Positions 51,177-64,000 of a DNA stretch of 64,000 bases are shown one piece after another; position 1 is the stretch's first letter; each line of letters begins with the position of its first letter. The notes beneath the pieces are model-generated. The model was not told where the DNA came from. It did no database searches and saw nothing but the letters and a program-made list of their open reading frames with translations. Origin of the DNA: Lama glama (Eukaryota); NCBI GenBank assembly GCA_028534125.1, contig CM052817.1, positions 54,810,001 to 54,874,000 on the forward strand. The letters run 5' to 3'. A program made the position numbers and the translations under genes.

Positions 51177-54100
51177 TGAACAGTGGTCTAGTATGACATT
51201 AAAAGAATGGGCAGTCATCTTTTTACTTTATCTCCAAGTTTTGGACACTCTATTGCAATACAAAATTTCATCAAAAAGAGTTTAACAGCAATTAGATATC
51301 CTAGTTGAAAATTATACATAAAGCAGCAGGAAACAAAAAGAATTAGTTAATAATTTAAAATGGTATTCTATTAAAAATAAGTGATCAAATGAATTTTGAA
51401 ACTGAAAATTAGGAATATTAGAAAATACCAAGATTTGAAAGCAGTTGGTTCTACAAGAATAGTATTCTGAGAAACTTCAGTCTTAAGAAGTACATGTTGA
51501 AAGTACTTTTAATAGCTGATATTGTAGGTATATATTTGAATAAGGTTTTGAGCTCTGTATATATATATGAAGGAACTTAAATCTAAAAGATAGCAGGATG
51601 CATTGTGATTGTGGTCATTTTCCTAAGTGTAAATTGATCTAACATCTAATGCAAATTATTAATAGAATTGACAGTGGCATTAAAATCCATAATACTTCTC
51701 TTGTCTTTCCCTGTAAAAGGTATCAGACTTTTTATTAGGCTACCCAGGCATCCATCTGTGGGAATGGGTGGGGAGGAAATAAGAGGAGATCAGAACTTAG
51801 AACAGAGAGAATGTGGAGAGAAATACTATCACTAATAATTTGTAATATTCTGCTTCTGACATTCAAGACAAGGATCATGCAATTAAGAATAACATTTCAA
51901 GCTAGACATTGTTTCAAGGAAACGTTTCTCAAATTTCTTGCACCCCCATTTATTTAGCACCTCAGTTATCACCTAGCTTGGAGAATTAGGTGCACAGTGG
52001 TCAGTAGTGTAGGGGAACATTCTAGGACGCTCTTAGATTTTAGCTAAAGTATGGAGAGAGGAGATGGTTTAGGGCAATGTAAAAAAAGTTCAATCCTTTC
52101 TCCCTTTGGGGAGTGCCATGAAGGAGAAAGAAAAGACAAATAGGAAACTGGATCAACCAGGCAAATGCTCAGTTTCCACCTTTCTGACTCTGGATTGGGA
52201 CAAACAAAATATATAAAGTGAAATGAGGTGAACAGTAAGGGACAAAGATGGTCGGGCACTCACCTCTGGCTCCTCTTTGGAACTCTGGAAAGAAACCAAA
52301 TTTCAAGCTTCACTGTGTGAATATGGGATGTAGCCCCAGAAGTCAGGATTTCAGAGTGAGTTCCACTGAGCCAAACTAAGTTAGCTTTATCAGTGACACT
52401 GATAACTGGGCTAAGAGCTACTGGGTATGCTGTGGTGTCATGTGGGCAGACTTGATGGACCTCTAGGCCATTAGACTGGGTAGGAGATATGGTTACAGAT
52501 TTAGGTATCTGAAAAAGGTTTCAGTTATGAAAGGGATTACCTCAGGAGCATTTCCTGGATCAAAAAAAAAAAAAAAGACTAAGTTCTTCCTTTTCAGATT
52601 TTAGCATCAGAAAATGGCAGGAAAATCAATGACCAAAGGACATGTGACACTGTCCAGCAGACCAGCTTATGCAGGAAGCACATGGCCAAAGTCCAGGATA
52701 AAGTCTCCCTTATTTCAACTCACAGTGATGCACAGCCACACATCTATCACACATCTGTCCCCCCTTACTCCTAGAGGATATTCTGAGGAGAAAACCAACC
52801 TAACAGTGAACTAAATGATAAACTGAATATTCTTTTATTTAAGAAAGTTTGAGCAAAATACAAAAATAAAAACAAAAAAGACTAAGCCCTATTTGAAGGG
52901 TCTTATACAGTTATCACACTGGTTTAACTTTAACCCAAATTAGCCATTCAAATAAGTTTCCCCACCTAAGCCCTAAGTACATGCTTTGATGAAAGTCCAG
53001 GTTGACTGTAGACTAATAAGAAATTCTGCACAACTGAAATGTAACATAGTTATATTTTGTGACCCTGCTTCAAGGTCACAATTAGAATTCATAATGCCTT
53101 CTTGATTAATCTCATATTAAATACCTCAATAGTATTTATACACTACAGATAGAAAAATGTCTAACTTATTAACTAGGGTAACTGAAGATAAAGACCTTGG
53201 AACTTAAATTTAACAAGTACATAAGTAAGATGTTAGTATGTTGCTTTAATATTCTCTGTCAAATATTAATTTATTCAATGAAAGTAGTTACTTATTTTAA
53301 ATGCCTATTAAGTATTTTGTGACTGCCCTGTAGTGTCATGGGCATTAAAAAGATATAATGAAAAGTCCTTATACAAGGGAAATTTCTTACTGAAGAGCTA
53401 CAATTTGAGTGCCTGTAAAATTAGATATTAACTCTGAGAAATACCAGTAGATAAGATAAAATATTGTATAAACAATTGTTGTAGAAACTTGGGAAAAAAT
53501 CACCATCGGTTAACAAAAATTCCTAGGTGATTTGTAAGTACATATATGGAAAAAATTAGATTGATGTAGAAATAAGGGAAAAGCAAATATGGAGAGTGAC
53601 AGAAATGTAACATTAGGAAAGCTTTGGAATGGGTTCAGTTGAAGTAAAAAAAAATTGTTTGGAATGCATAGTAAGTTCAAAAATAATAGCAATATTTGCA
53701 ATGTATATGTTTAATATTAATGGTTCTATTATTGAATTTTCTTGTATGTAACTTGCCATAGAGCCAGTAAATAGGAGATTCATACTTACAGTATTTTAGA
53801 TCCCTGTCCTAAGCATTTTCCAAAGCTGAAAGACTAAGATAATGTCCGATGAGATTGGGCATTGCATGTCAGGTTGAAGAGTTCAGAATTAATGAAGTAG
53901 ACGTGGTAACATAAACATATTTGCATAACAGTAACTTCTACTGGGGTTTATACTTACAAGGCTGACAAGAAAAAGAAAAATAAGTAATGCAACAGCAATA
54001 TGTATGTTAAAACTTTTGGGTTATCAGACCTGGCTCTTGTTCTTGGTTTGCTGCTTGCAAGCTTTATTACTTTGGTGCCAATTTCCTAATCTATAAAGTG

Positions 54101-54259
54101 ACCATGATAATATCTACATCATAATGTTATGAGAATCCCAACACATCAGTCCCAAATAAATGTGAAGACGCTATAGATATTTGAAAAAAAATTAGAATAG
54201 TTTTCTCAAATTCAAAATAATATTTTGTAAAGTCTTAAGTGTGTGTAAATGTGACAGTC

Positions 54260-55420
54260 CTAAAGGAAGGGGGGGACAGGGAGTCATTATGTCCATGGCT
54301 GTGTCCTAAGGATTATGAGTCTCTCTACTTCAAGGGTACAAATTAGTGACAGTGCGATTTCAGGACACTCAGGGGCCAGGTACCCTACTCTTTGGTAAAT
54401 TAAGAATTAAGAATTTTGCGGGTGATATTATAGTAAGAATAATGCCTGTGATTCCAGGTAGGATAAGATAGGATTAATTGGCATGATGTATAAAACCACA
54501 CACCTTACCAGCCAAGGCATGGCCCTAGAACTGTAGCACATGTGTTAATTATAACTCTGAGTTTATCCCATTCATGAAGGAGATTCAGAACTTTAGTACT
54601 TATTCTCTTGTGGGAGAGCAATGATGAGGTCCAAAAACAAAGAGGTATAGGATATTAAGAATATTATTGAAGACAAAACACCAGGACCCACTTTGCTCTT
54701 CTTGAGACATAGCTAAGACTATCTGAACACTACAGAGAGAAGGGAGTGGAATAAATTAGGGTTGAAATTGAGGGTGCACTGTCAGAAATCAATGACAGTG
54801 ATTTTTAGCAACACAGCACAGAGGTATAGCCATTGGTGGATGCACTGAAAGAGTCATATCTTTGGATCACTGATTTTGAGTATAATTTGAAGACAAAGGG
54901 GAATTTCAGCAAGCTCAGCAAAGCTAATTTGAGGTGTTGAAAAAATATGGAAACATAATTCTTTTTCTGGTATCCCCTTGTCCATCAATGAGGGGAGTGG
55001 GGTATTTGTTAAAAACTTTAAACAATGAGCATAATTTTTATGAACCAAAGAGGAAGCTCTTTCCCATACATTTCTTTCTGCCATAATTATTTAAGAGAAC
55101 TTTTTAGAAAAATAGAATATGGGGGAAAGTTAAGGCATATAGAATGTGCCATGGCATATTTTGCAGTACACAGCACAAGTGTCTACATTATTGGGGATAT
55201 TCAACTGTCTTATGGGGAGCAACTTGAGAAAATATCTTTGAAGTTTCTAGAAAAGAAAATAAATGATACAAAACTGAAGTTCCCAGACGGTTGGGCACTT
55301 ACATATTAACAACACTGGCAGAGAGGTTTGAGTGCCTTGAAAATATTTGTAAATTTGATAAAATTACTCTTTATGAACTGCTTATCAATAGGCCTTATTA
55401 GTGTTATCGCATGAAAGATT
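54260..55420 (+). mobile_element. Very old ERV-L-class pro/RT remnant (tentative)
   Basis: Colinear weak motifs: EIEGALSEINDSD, NSFSGIP, SFCHNYLRE, STSVYIIGDIQL, KINDTKLKFP. Confidence 0.45.
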
Positions 55421-56024
55421 CATCTAATGGCTAGACAAGCACTGAATTTCCTAGATCTGAGAATCAGCCTGGATTATGGTAGAAAGATAGTCATTAAAAA
55501 TACATTTGTTATTTGCCAAGTATTAATCAAATACATGTAGTATTTGATATACTGTGTTGCTAGGTGTGAGGAGAGAGTTTAATATTAGAAAATTCCATTA
55601 TACTCATATTTTCTTAAGGTTATATCTCTATATGCCAACATTTCCAATTTTATGGGGTTTTTAGCTTATCATCTGAGGCAACATGAAATATTTAAAATCC
55701 TTGTGAGAATATACAGTCAACTTGAACATATCCTTAAGCAAAATTAATCTAAAGGAGAAAGAGTAAAGGAAGTAGATGTGCATAATAGTTATGGGAAAAA
55801 ATCATGGAATATAAAATACACTTGAATCTACCAGACACTTATAGTCACCAAAATGTTCTCAGCATTGCCTTAATTATTCAATGTCAAGTTAACACTTTTA
55901 CAACACCTGATCATCACCATTTTCCCATTCCCCACTTAAAATCTATTTTTAAATTAAATGTACTTGAATAAGCAAATGCCATTTTCTTAATCTTTATTAC
56001 CTTGAATCCTAAGACCTTACTGCA

Positions 56025-58275
56025 ATTCACTTATTTTTAGGATGATTTGGAATTTTTAATGTAAACAATCATATCCTCTATGAATAAAGACAGTGTTACT
56101 TCTTCCTTCCTTATTTTTATGACATGTTTCTTTTTCTTGACCTCGAGGTGATGAAAGTGGACATTCTTGCCTGGTTAAACAATCTTGCATCTCTTGAATA
56201 AATAAAATTTTCTTATTGTGCATTCTCATACTTTAAAAATTTGCTGGATTAAGTTTTGCTAAAAATTAATTTGATTTTAGATGGATGTTCATGAGAAAAG
56301 TCTGTAATTTTTTTTGTAATATCACTTTGCTTTTGATCACTCTTATGCTGGCTGTATAAAACAATCTTTATATCAATTTTATACTTTTATATAAAACTTC
56401 ATTAAATTTAAGGGTTTACTGGTGGAACCATCTGGGCATGAAGTTAAATTGCGGGAAGAGATTAAATTACTCAATTTCTTCAATACAGTGCTATTCATAT
56501 TTTCAAAATTTCTTATTTTTTTGTAATTTGTATATTTTTCTACAAATTTTTATCATTTTATTCAAATCTTTAGTTTATTCATAATATTCTCTCATTAATT
56601 TTACTATCTGGCACTCTTTAAAATATTGTATTTTTCTTTTTTCTTGGTCTTTACTAAAGGCTTTAAAATTCTATAGTTTCAAAAAATTAACTTTTGGCAT
56701 TGTTTCTATTAGATATTTCTTTCTTGTTTTCTAGTCTTATTTTTTCTAACATGTGTTTTTAAAGGTACAGATATCTTCTTAATTATAGATTCATTCAGCT
56801 AAATCCCACAAATTTTGATTATTCTAATAATTTAAAAACATTTCTACTGTGAGTTCTTTGAGCATGGATTAGAATAGTACTGCTTATTTTCATAATATTT
56901 GGAGGATTAAATTCACTTTTTATTGTTTTGTTGCTTAATTTCAGAAAGCAATGCATGGTTTTGAAATACCCTTCCACTAACTATTTGAGCATACAAATTG
57001 CCAATGAATGTAAATGTCCCAAGAACCCTAGAAAACAATTTGCATTCTAAAATTCTAGAGTGAAGCACTTCATATGTGTCAGGTCAATTTGGTTCAACTT
57101 TTTCAAATCTTTTATGTCTATGTATCTTGTCAGTTATTGAAAGATATGTTAACCCTTACTTTTGTTGTGTTTTTAAATATGTCTTCTTTTTATTCTTAAT
57201 TTATGTATTTTGAAGTTATACTGGGTGCTTATAAAATTAGAACTTTTATATCTTCTTGGTGGATTGGTTCCTATATCATTTAAAAAACTATTCCTTTCTG
57301 TTTCTAGTAGTGACTCTTGTGTCAGAGTCAACTTTCTATTAGTTATTTATATATTTTTTCCTCTGCTTACTGTTTGCCATTTTGTATCGTTATAATTAGG
57401 TACGTCTCTTAAAAGAAGACTAAAACTATTGTTTTTAAATCCAGTGTGAAAATGTTTGTCTTTTAATTGGCATGTTTAGTCTATTTACAGGTATTTGGAT
57501 TTAAACCTACAATCTTAGTATTTCTATCAGTTGGAGCCCCTTGTTCTAATACTCCCTCCTTCCTTGACTTTTTTGGGATTACTTAGGATTTATGTTACTG
57601 TATTTTTCCTCTTTATTACCCTGTTACTCATACCTTCTATTACTACTTTGAGAGTACTGTGGAAATTACATTATGCACTGTTAACTAATTTTAATTATTG
57701 TGTGCAGTAGTTTATTAACATATTGCAGATTGTGCTAGAGTGTTAGACTCTTGCTCTGCAAAGTGCAATCCACAGGCCAACAGTATTGCCATCTCCTAGA
57801 TACTTGCCTAGAAAGGCAGAATTCTCAGGCCCCACCCCAGACCTACTGAAATAGAGCCTGTCAAGTGTAACTTATGCTCATTAAATGGGAGGGGTATTGC
57901 TTTGGAACATAATTAACTCTAATTACTCTCCTTCCTGCCTCTTTCTATTAACATGGCTATGTAGTTTAATTCTAAAATACTTTTAAACCCCACAAGTAAT
58001 TATTTAATTAGTAAATAGATTTACCCACCCATTTACTTGCATATTGGATTGAATCACATATTTACTCTTCTTTTTTTTTCTCTCTCTCTCTCTCTTCCTC
58101 CTTCCCTTCCTTCTTTATTTCATTTGGGATAGTTTTCTATTTGCTAGAAGAACTCCTTCAATATTTCTATTAGTGTGGGTCAGCTGGCATGTAATTTTCT
58201 CATTATTTTTGTCTTCAAGATGTATTTGTCACCGTTAATTGGGAAATATACAGTCACTAGGTATAAAATTCCAGT
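56025..58275 (-). mobile_element. Ancient L1 relic (L1MC/ME-like)
   Basis: aatgtaaacaatcatatcctctatgaataaagacagtgttacttcttcc; tggtggaaccatctgggc; tttttaaatccagtgtgaaaatgtttgtcttttaattgg. Confidence 0.7.
57745..57905. mobile_element. MER5A-like MITE
   Basis: tagaaaggcagaattctcaggccccaccccagacctactgaa. Confidence 0.8.
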
Positions 58276-59506
58276 TAATCTTGTTCAGAGTGCCTAGCAG
58301 AATGTTTATGCCATAGTAGGTGCTCTATATATTTGGGAAATTGTTCATTATTATCAATGCAATTACTGAATTGATTTCTGTTTGATATGCAACAGAGAAA
58401 TGAAATATTTTTATTAGAAAAAAGTGAGTTTTACTGAAGACTATAAAGCAAAGAATTAATTCTACTTTTCTACTTATTTGTGGAAAAATAATCTTTATAA
58501 AATCTCATTGATTACAAGAGTCTCAAGGTTTTTATGGAGATCATACAAATTAAACAATTGACTATATTCAACTTCAAAGCTGTACAAAAACAAATAAATA
58601 TATAAAAGTATACCTCTATGCAGCAAGATTTAAGTTAAAGCTTGAATACCATCAAGCAATGCTTTTAATTTTGTGATGGGCTCAAATTTAACTATAGTTA
58701 AATTGCCTTCAGCAAACAAAGACCAGAATATATACAAGGAATTCGTTTTCATGATATGTGTACACTTTAGTTGGAAAAGCATGTTTGAACCCTGTAACTA
58801 TAGAAGCATTGTTAAATAGGGAATGAGCTGAAAACTGAAACTACCCCTGCATATCTTACTGCATATTAAAGGAAACATCTAGATTTGGCAATATCGAGTT
58901 TTTTATTTTGAGCATGTGTTACCCATGTCATTTTAGTACCTTTTCTGTTCACAACTGACAGCTGTCAGTGTTCAACAAACAAACAAAACTCCTTAACATA
59001 TGTTCTTGTTAAGCTAAAACTATTCCAATACTTTTTTTTAATATCGTTCATAACAGGAAGAATAAGAAAGTACCAAATTAACATTTTTTTCTGAAGCTAA
59101 TTTTTATTACACTTTTTAGTGTAACTTAAGTGCCACAAATGAGCATACATTATTTATTTTTAGCAAATACATGTTGAGTATCTACTATGTCATAGGTGGA
59201 ATTTTGGATGATTATTTAGTAAAGCTTAATTGCCACCGATTTGGATTCTAATCTGCTTTGTAAGACAGCCAAGAAAAGGTATTTTATATGTCATTCTAAT
59301 GTTTGACTACTCTTATGAAAAGTAAATTTATCCAACCTAAGTTCTACATGATATAACATAAGGTCTTTTGCTTTGGTATGAAAAATATTTGAAGTTAATA
59401 AGAGTATGAATGGCTGTACCATACTTTTACATATATTTTTACAATTTTACCTGAGTGAGATGGTTTTCTTCAGACGATTTAGTTGTTTGTATCAGAAATA
59501 GGAATA

Positions 59507-62201
59507 CAGTTGACTCTTGAACAACACAGGATTTGAACTGTGGGGTCCATTTATACGCTAACATTTTTACATGTTCTGAGGTGGGTTGAACCTGCTAACA
59601 CAGAACCATGGATAGTGGGGAACGGTGGGTGTGGAGGCCTGACTATAAATTATGCACAATTTTTTTTCTTTTTAATTGAAGTACAGTCAGTTACAATGTG
59701 TCAATTTCTGCTGTACAGCACAATGTCTCAGTCATGGATATATATATACATACACACATACATATTCATTTTCATATTCTTTTTAAATAAAGGTTACTAT
59801 AAGATACTGAATATAGTTCCCTCTGCTATACAGAAGAAAATTGTTTTTTTTTAATCTATTTTATATATTGTGGCTAACATTTGCAAATCTCAAACTCCCA
59901 AATTTATCTCTTCCAAACACTTTCCTTGGTAACCGTAAGATTACTATGTCTGCCAGTCTGTTTCTGTTTTGTAGATGAGATCATAGTGTCTTTTTTTTTT
60001 TTTTTTTAAGATTCAACCCATGAGTGGTATCATATGGTATTTTTCTTTCTCCTTATGGCTGGCTTCACTTAGAATGACGATCTCTAGGTCCATCCATATT
60101 GCTTCAAATGGCATTATTTTATTATTTTTTATGGCTTCGTATTCCATTGTATAAATATACCACAGCTTCTTTACCTAGTCATTTGTCGATGGACATTTAG
60201 GTTGCTTCCATGTCCTGGCTATTGTAAATAGTGCTGCTACGAACACTGAGGTGCATGTATCTTTTTTGAATTAGAGTTCCCTCTGGATATATACCCAGGA
60301 GTGGGATTGCTGGATCATATGGTAAGTCTATTTTTAGTTTTTGAGGAATCTCCATACTGTTTTCCATAACGGGGGTACCAAACTACATTCCCACTACAGT
60401 TTAGGAGGGTTCCCTTTTCTCTACCCCCTCTGCAGCATTTCATTCATGACTTGAATAATGGCCATTGTGACTGGTATGAAATGACACCTCATTGTAGTTT
60501 TTATTTGCATTTCTCTGATAATAGCAATATTGAGCATTTTTTCATGTGCCTATTGGTCATTTGTATGTCTTCATTGAAGAACTGCTTGTTTAAGCCTTCT
60601 GCCCATTTTTGGATTGGGTTGTTTAAGTTGTATGAGCTGTTTATATATACTGGAAATAAAGCCTTTGTCAGTTGCCTCATTTGCAAATATTTTCTCCCAT
60701 TCCATAGGTTGTCGTTTTGTTTTGCTTGTGGTTTCCTTTGCCGTGCTTAATTAGGTCCCATTTATTTTTGCTTTCATTTCTATGGCCTGGGTAGACTGCC
60801 CTAGAAGAACATTGCTAAGATTTATGTCAGAGAATGTTTTGCCCATGTTTTCTTCTAGGAGGTTTATCGTGTCTTGCCCTATATTTAAGTCTTTAAGCCA
60901 TTTTGAGTTTATTTTTGTGTCTGGTATGAGGGAGTGTTCTAACTTCATTGATCTACATGCTGCTGTCCAGTTTTCCCAAAACCACTTGGTGAAGAGACTA
61001 TCTTTTCTCCATTGTATATTCATTTCTCCTTTGTGGAAGATTGACTGTAGGCCTGTGGATTTATTTCTGGGCTCTCTCTTCTGTTCCACTGATCCATATG
61101 TCTGTTCTTAATGCCAATAACATGCTGTCTTGATTACTGTAGCTCTGTAGTATTGTCTGAAATCTGGGAGGGTTATTCCTCCAGCTTTGTTTTTTTCCTT
61201 CAATATTGCTTCAGCAATTCTGGGTCTTTTGTGATTCCATATATATTTTAAGATTATTTATTCTAGTTCTGTGAAAAATGTCCTGGGTAATTTGATAGGG
61301 CTCACATTAAATCTGTAGATTGCCTTGGGCAGTACGGCCATTTTAACAATATTGATTCTTCGAGTCCAAGAGCATGGGACATCTTTCCATTTCTTTAAGT
61401 CATTTTTAATTTCCTTAAGGTCTTTCACCACCTTGGTCAGATTTATTCCTAAGTATTTTATTATTTTGGATGCAATTTTAAAAGGGTTTCTTTACTTTCT
61501 TTTCCTGTTAATTCATTGTTAGTGTAAAGAAATACAACTGACTTCTGTATGTTAATCTTGTATCCTGCCTTCCCAAATTCTTTCATCAGCTCTTATAGTT
61601 TTTGTGTGGAGCTTTTAGGGTTTTCTATATATAGTATCATATCACCCACATTATCATGACAGTTTTACCTCTTCTCTTCCAATTTGGATCTCATTTCTTT
61701 TTCTTGCCTGATTGCTGTGGCTAGGACTTCCAAGACTATATTAATTAACAGAAGTGGTGAGAGTGGGCATCCTTGTTGTGTTCCAGATTTTCGTAGGAAG
61801 GCTCTCAGTTTTTTACCATTGAGTATTATGCTGGCTGTGGGTTTGTCATAAATAGCTTTTATTATGTTGAGATACATTTCCTCTACACCCACTTTGGTAA
61901 GAGTTTTTATCATAAATTGGTGTTGAATTTTATCAAATGCTTTTTCTGCATCTATTGAGATGATAATGTGATTTTTGTCCTTTCTTTTGTTGATGTGTTT
62001 TATCACATCAAGTGATTTGCATATGTTGAACTATCCTTTTGTCCCTGGGATGAATGCAACTTGATCATGGTTTATGATCTTTTTTATGTGTTGTTAGATT
62101 CTGTTTGCTAATATTTTGTCAAGGATTTCTTAGGCAGGGATTTTTTTGACTGCCCAAGGGATCAGTAACCCTAACCACCCTCATTGTTCAAGAGTCAACT
62201 G
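59507..62201. mobile_element. Tigger2-derived MITE (Tc1/mariner) split by an L1; halves ~59507-59659 and ~62130-62201
   Basis: Perfect 18-bp TIRs cagttgactcttgaacaa (59507-59524) / ttgttcaagagtcaactg (62184-62201), each flanked by TA. Confidence 0.9.
59660..62129 (-). mobile_element. Young 5'-truncated LINE-1 (RT to 3' UTR), disrupted
   Basis: RT remnant 61665-62006 ([14 protein letters not shown]...[12 protein letters not shown]); C-terminal remnants 60501-61089; poly-T at the left end. Confidence 0.96.
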
Positions 62202-64000
62202 TAGTCTTGAAATTCTAGTTAAGAACCACCTGCTACACCACTGGAATCTGTCATCTCTATGGAGCTACTGAAGATTTGGTCAGCTTTTATATATGACCTC
62301 TTTTGGTTGACAACACACAGTAGCATGTTGCAGTACCAATATGGAGAAGGTTAACTTTTTGGAATTGTGTGATTACAGAATAAGAAAGCATAAGTGAGAA
62401 GGTACTAGATGTGGGGAAAAAAGCAATGAGGAATAGTATCATTAATATTATCCCTTGGTTGTCTCTTATTTTGCCATGGTGTTTGAAATGTTTTCAATGT
62501 TTCTTCTCTAACTAGGGTTAAAAAATTATCTGTGAGAATTCTCCAACTCCTTCTTATGTTAAATTATAGCTATCTTAATTTGGTCCTAGTTTAAATAGTG
62601 TTAATTAGAATGTAAAGTCATGGATTGATGTCTCATTTTCCTAATTGTTGGTATTTATATTTAGTAATACCAGCTTCCAATTTTTGAACCAAAATGTGTC
62701 CCTATGTGTTAAGGAATTTATATGTATTTCTTACCGAAACAAAATTATAAAATAGAAAAAAAATTATCCCTGATTTAAGGATGAACCATCCTAATAACTA
62801 GATAGTTATGAAGCATGTCTCTTTGACTCCAAAACACTGAAATTCAAGTACAGTTTTTTTTCCACTGCATCATATTTTTGAGGGGGAAATATGTCAATCT
62901 GAATTAATTAAATTTGCCATTGTAACATTCTTGAGAAGGTCAGAAAATTGTACTGAAACATACTCTTCACACTGAAACTTAGCAATCAATTTATCTTTGC
63001 AGATTTATTCACTTTTTCTGGAAATAAAATAGAAATCTTCCTTTTGCATTCAGTGCTGAATTTAAACAATAAACTACTTGCTTCTACTTTAGAAAAACAC
63101 ATCTAAGAAATGCTGATATAAACAAAAGTATAGTGGATTCTATCTTTTCATCCAATCTGCCAAAATTTTAATAGGAAAATAGGGAGGATTTATAAAGCCA
63201 ATGGTTGACAACATAACTAAGGAAGATTTATGTTTTATACCTACTCATAGATGAATCCTTTTATTACTTAAAACTTCTGCTCTACTTTTGATTATCTTGT
63301 TTTTAGTTGTCTGATTTGTTACAAAATATGGAGATGCCTTACTGCCTTTTTATGGGTCCTGTGTGAGATGAATGCAGAAATTACACTCCCACTTACTCAA
63401 TTTTATTTCCAATCTAATTGTTCATTATAATTTGCAGTTGTAAACAGTGATATGAAGGATAAGTAAGAAAAATTGTAAATGAGATGGATAAATAATAAGA
63501 ATATATTATTTATAGACAATATATTCAACATTTGATGTGTTATTTTTGAATTGTAGTATAACTTCTAGTCTGTATAGAAGACCTATAGAGTTATTAATGG
63601 CAAAAAACGTAGCTATGTGAATGCAATAAAAGTTATAAATAATCAACAAAGTATACATTTAGTCTCCAAATGCTAAATTATTGCCTCTATAATTTTCAAA
63701 AATTGCTATCATATGCTTTATACAATTTAAAATAAAAGCCATTGTAAAAAGAACATTTATATTGTTCTTCCATCCTATTTAAGAAAGGAATATAGATGTG
63801 TATAAGATATACTATTACTAATAGTTATGCTATCAACATTAATAAATATTTATTGAAGATTTATGTCTTACAAATGATATCTAAATTAATTTTTTAAAAA
63901 ACCCTATATATAATTGTTCTCTCCAGTTTTATAAGTAAGAAAACTGAAACACAAAGAAGGTAAGAAACTGGTGAAACCAAGATCCCAACATAGGTAGTTA

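Noticed and set aside
54621..54726. Box C (ATGATGA) ... box D (CTGA) snoRNA-like pair
   Set aside because: No terminal stem, and it lies within the putative ERV-L remnant
1..64000. CRISPR arrays, prokaryotic operons or defence systems, tRNA/rRNA genes
   Set aside because: The sequence is mammalian repeat-rich DNA; no regularly spaced repeat-spacer array, long ORFs or structured RNA genes were seen

Overview
AT-rich eutherian (mammalian) genomic DNA with no recognisable host protein-coding exon or RNA gene. It is dominated by interspersed repeats: young and old LINE-1 fragments (nearly all on the minus strand), L2/MIR/CR1 relics, solo LTRs (MaLR, ERVL, ERV1-type) and hAT/Tigger MITEs. I saw no Alu, B1, BovA/BovB, PRE-1, SINEC or ERE SINEs. 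That absence and the style of the young L1 3' UTR are consistent with a camelid-like cetartiodactyl (inference, not confirmed). The most notable items are: (1) a heavily decayed but nearly full-length BED-finger hAT (Ac/ZBED1/ZBED4-type) transposase fossil at ~41.85-43.45 kb; (2) a polyadenylated mRNA 3'-UTR retrocopy inserted into an old L1 with target-site deletion (~33.76-34.14 kb); (3) an L1 tail inserted into a perfect 13-bp-arm palindrome (~22.1-22.5 kb); (4) a consensus CTCF site with upstream motif (~18.55 kb); (5) a very old ERV-L-like pro/RT remnant (~54.3-55.4 kb). I found no evidence of an intact novel functional system. Repeat family names are recalled from consensus sequences by eye, not from a database search.
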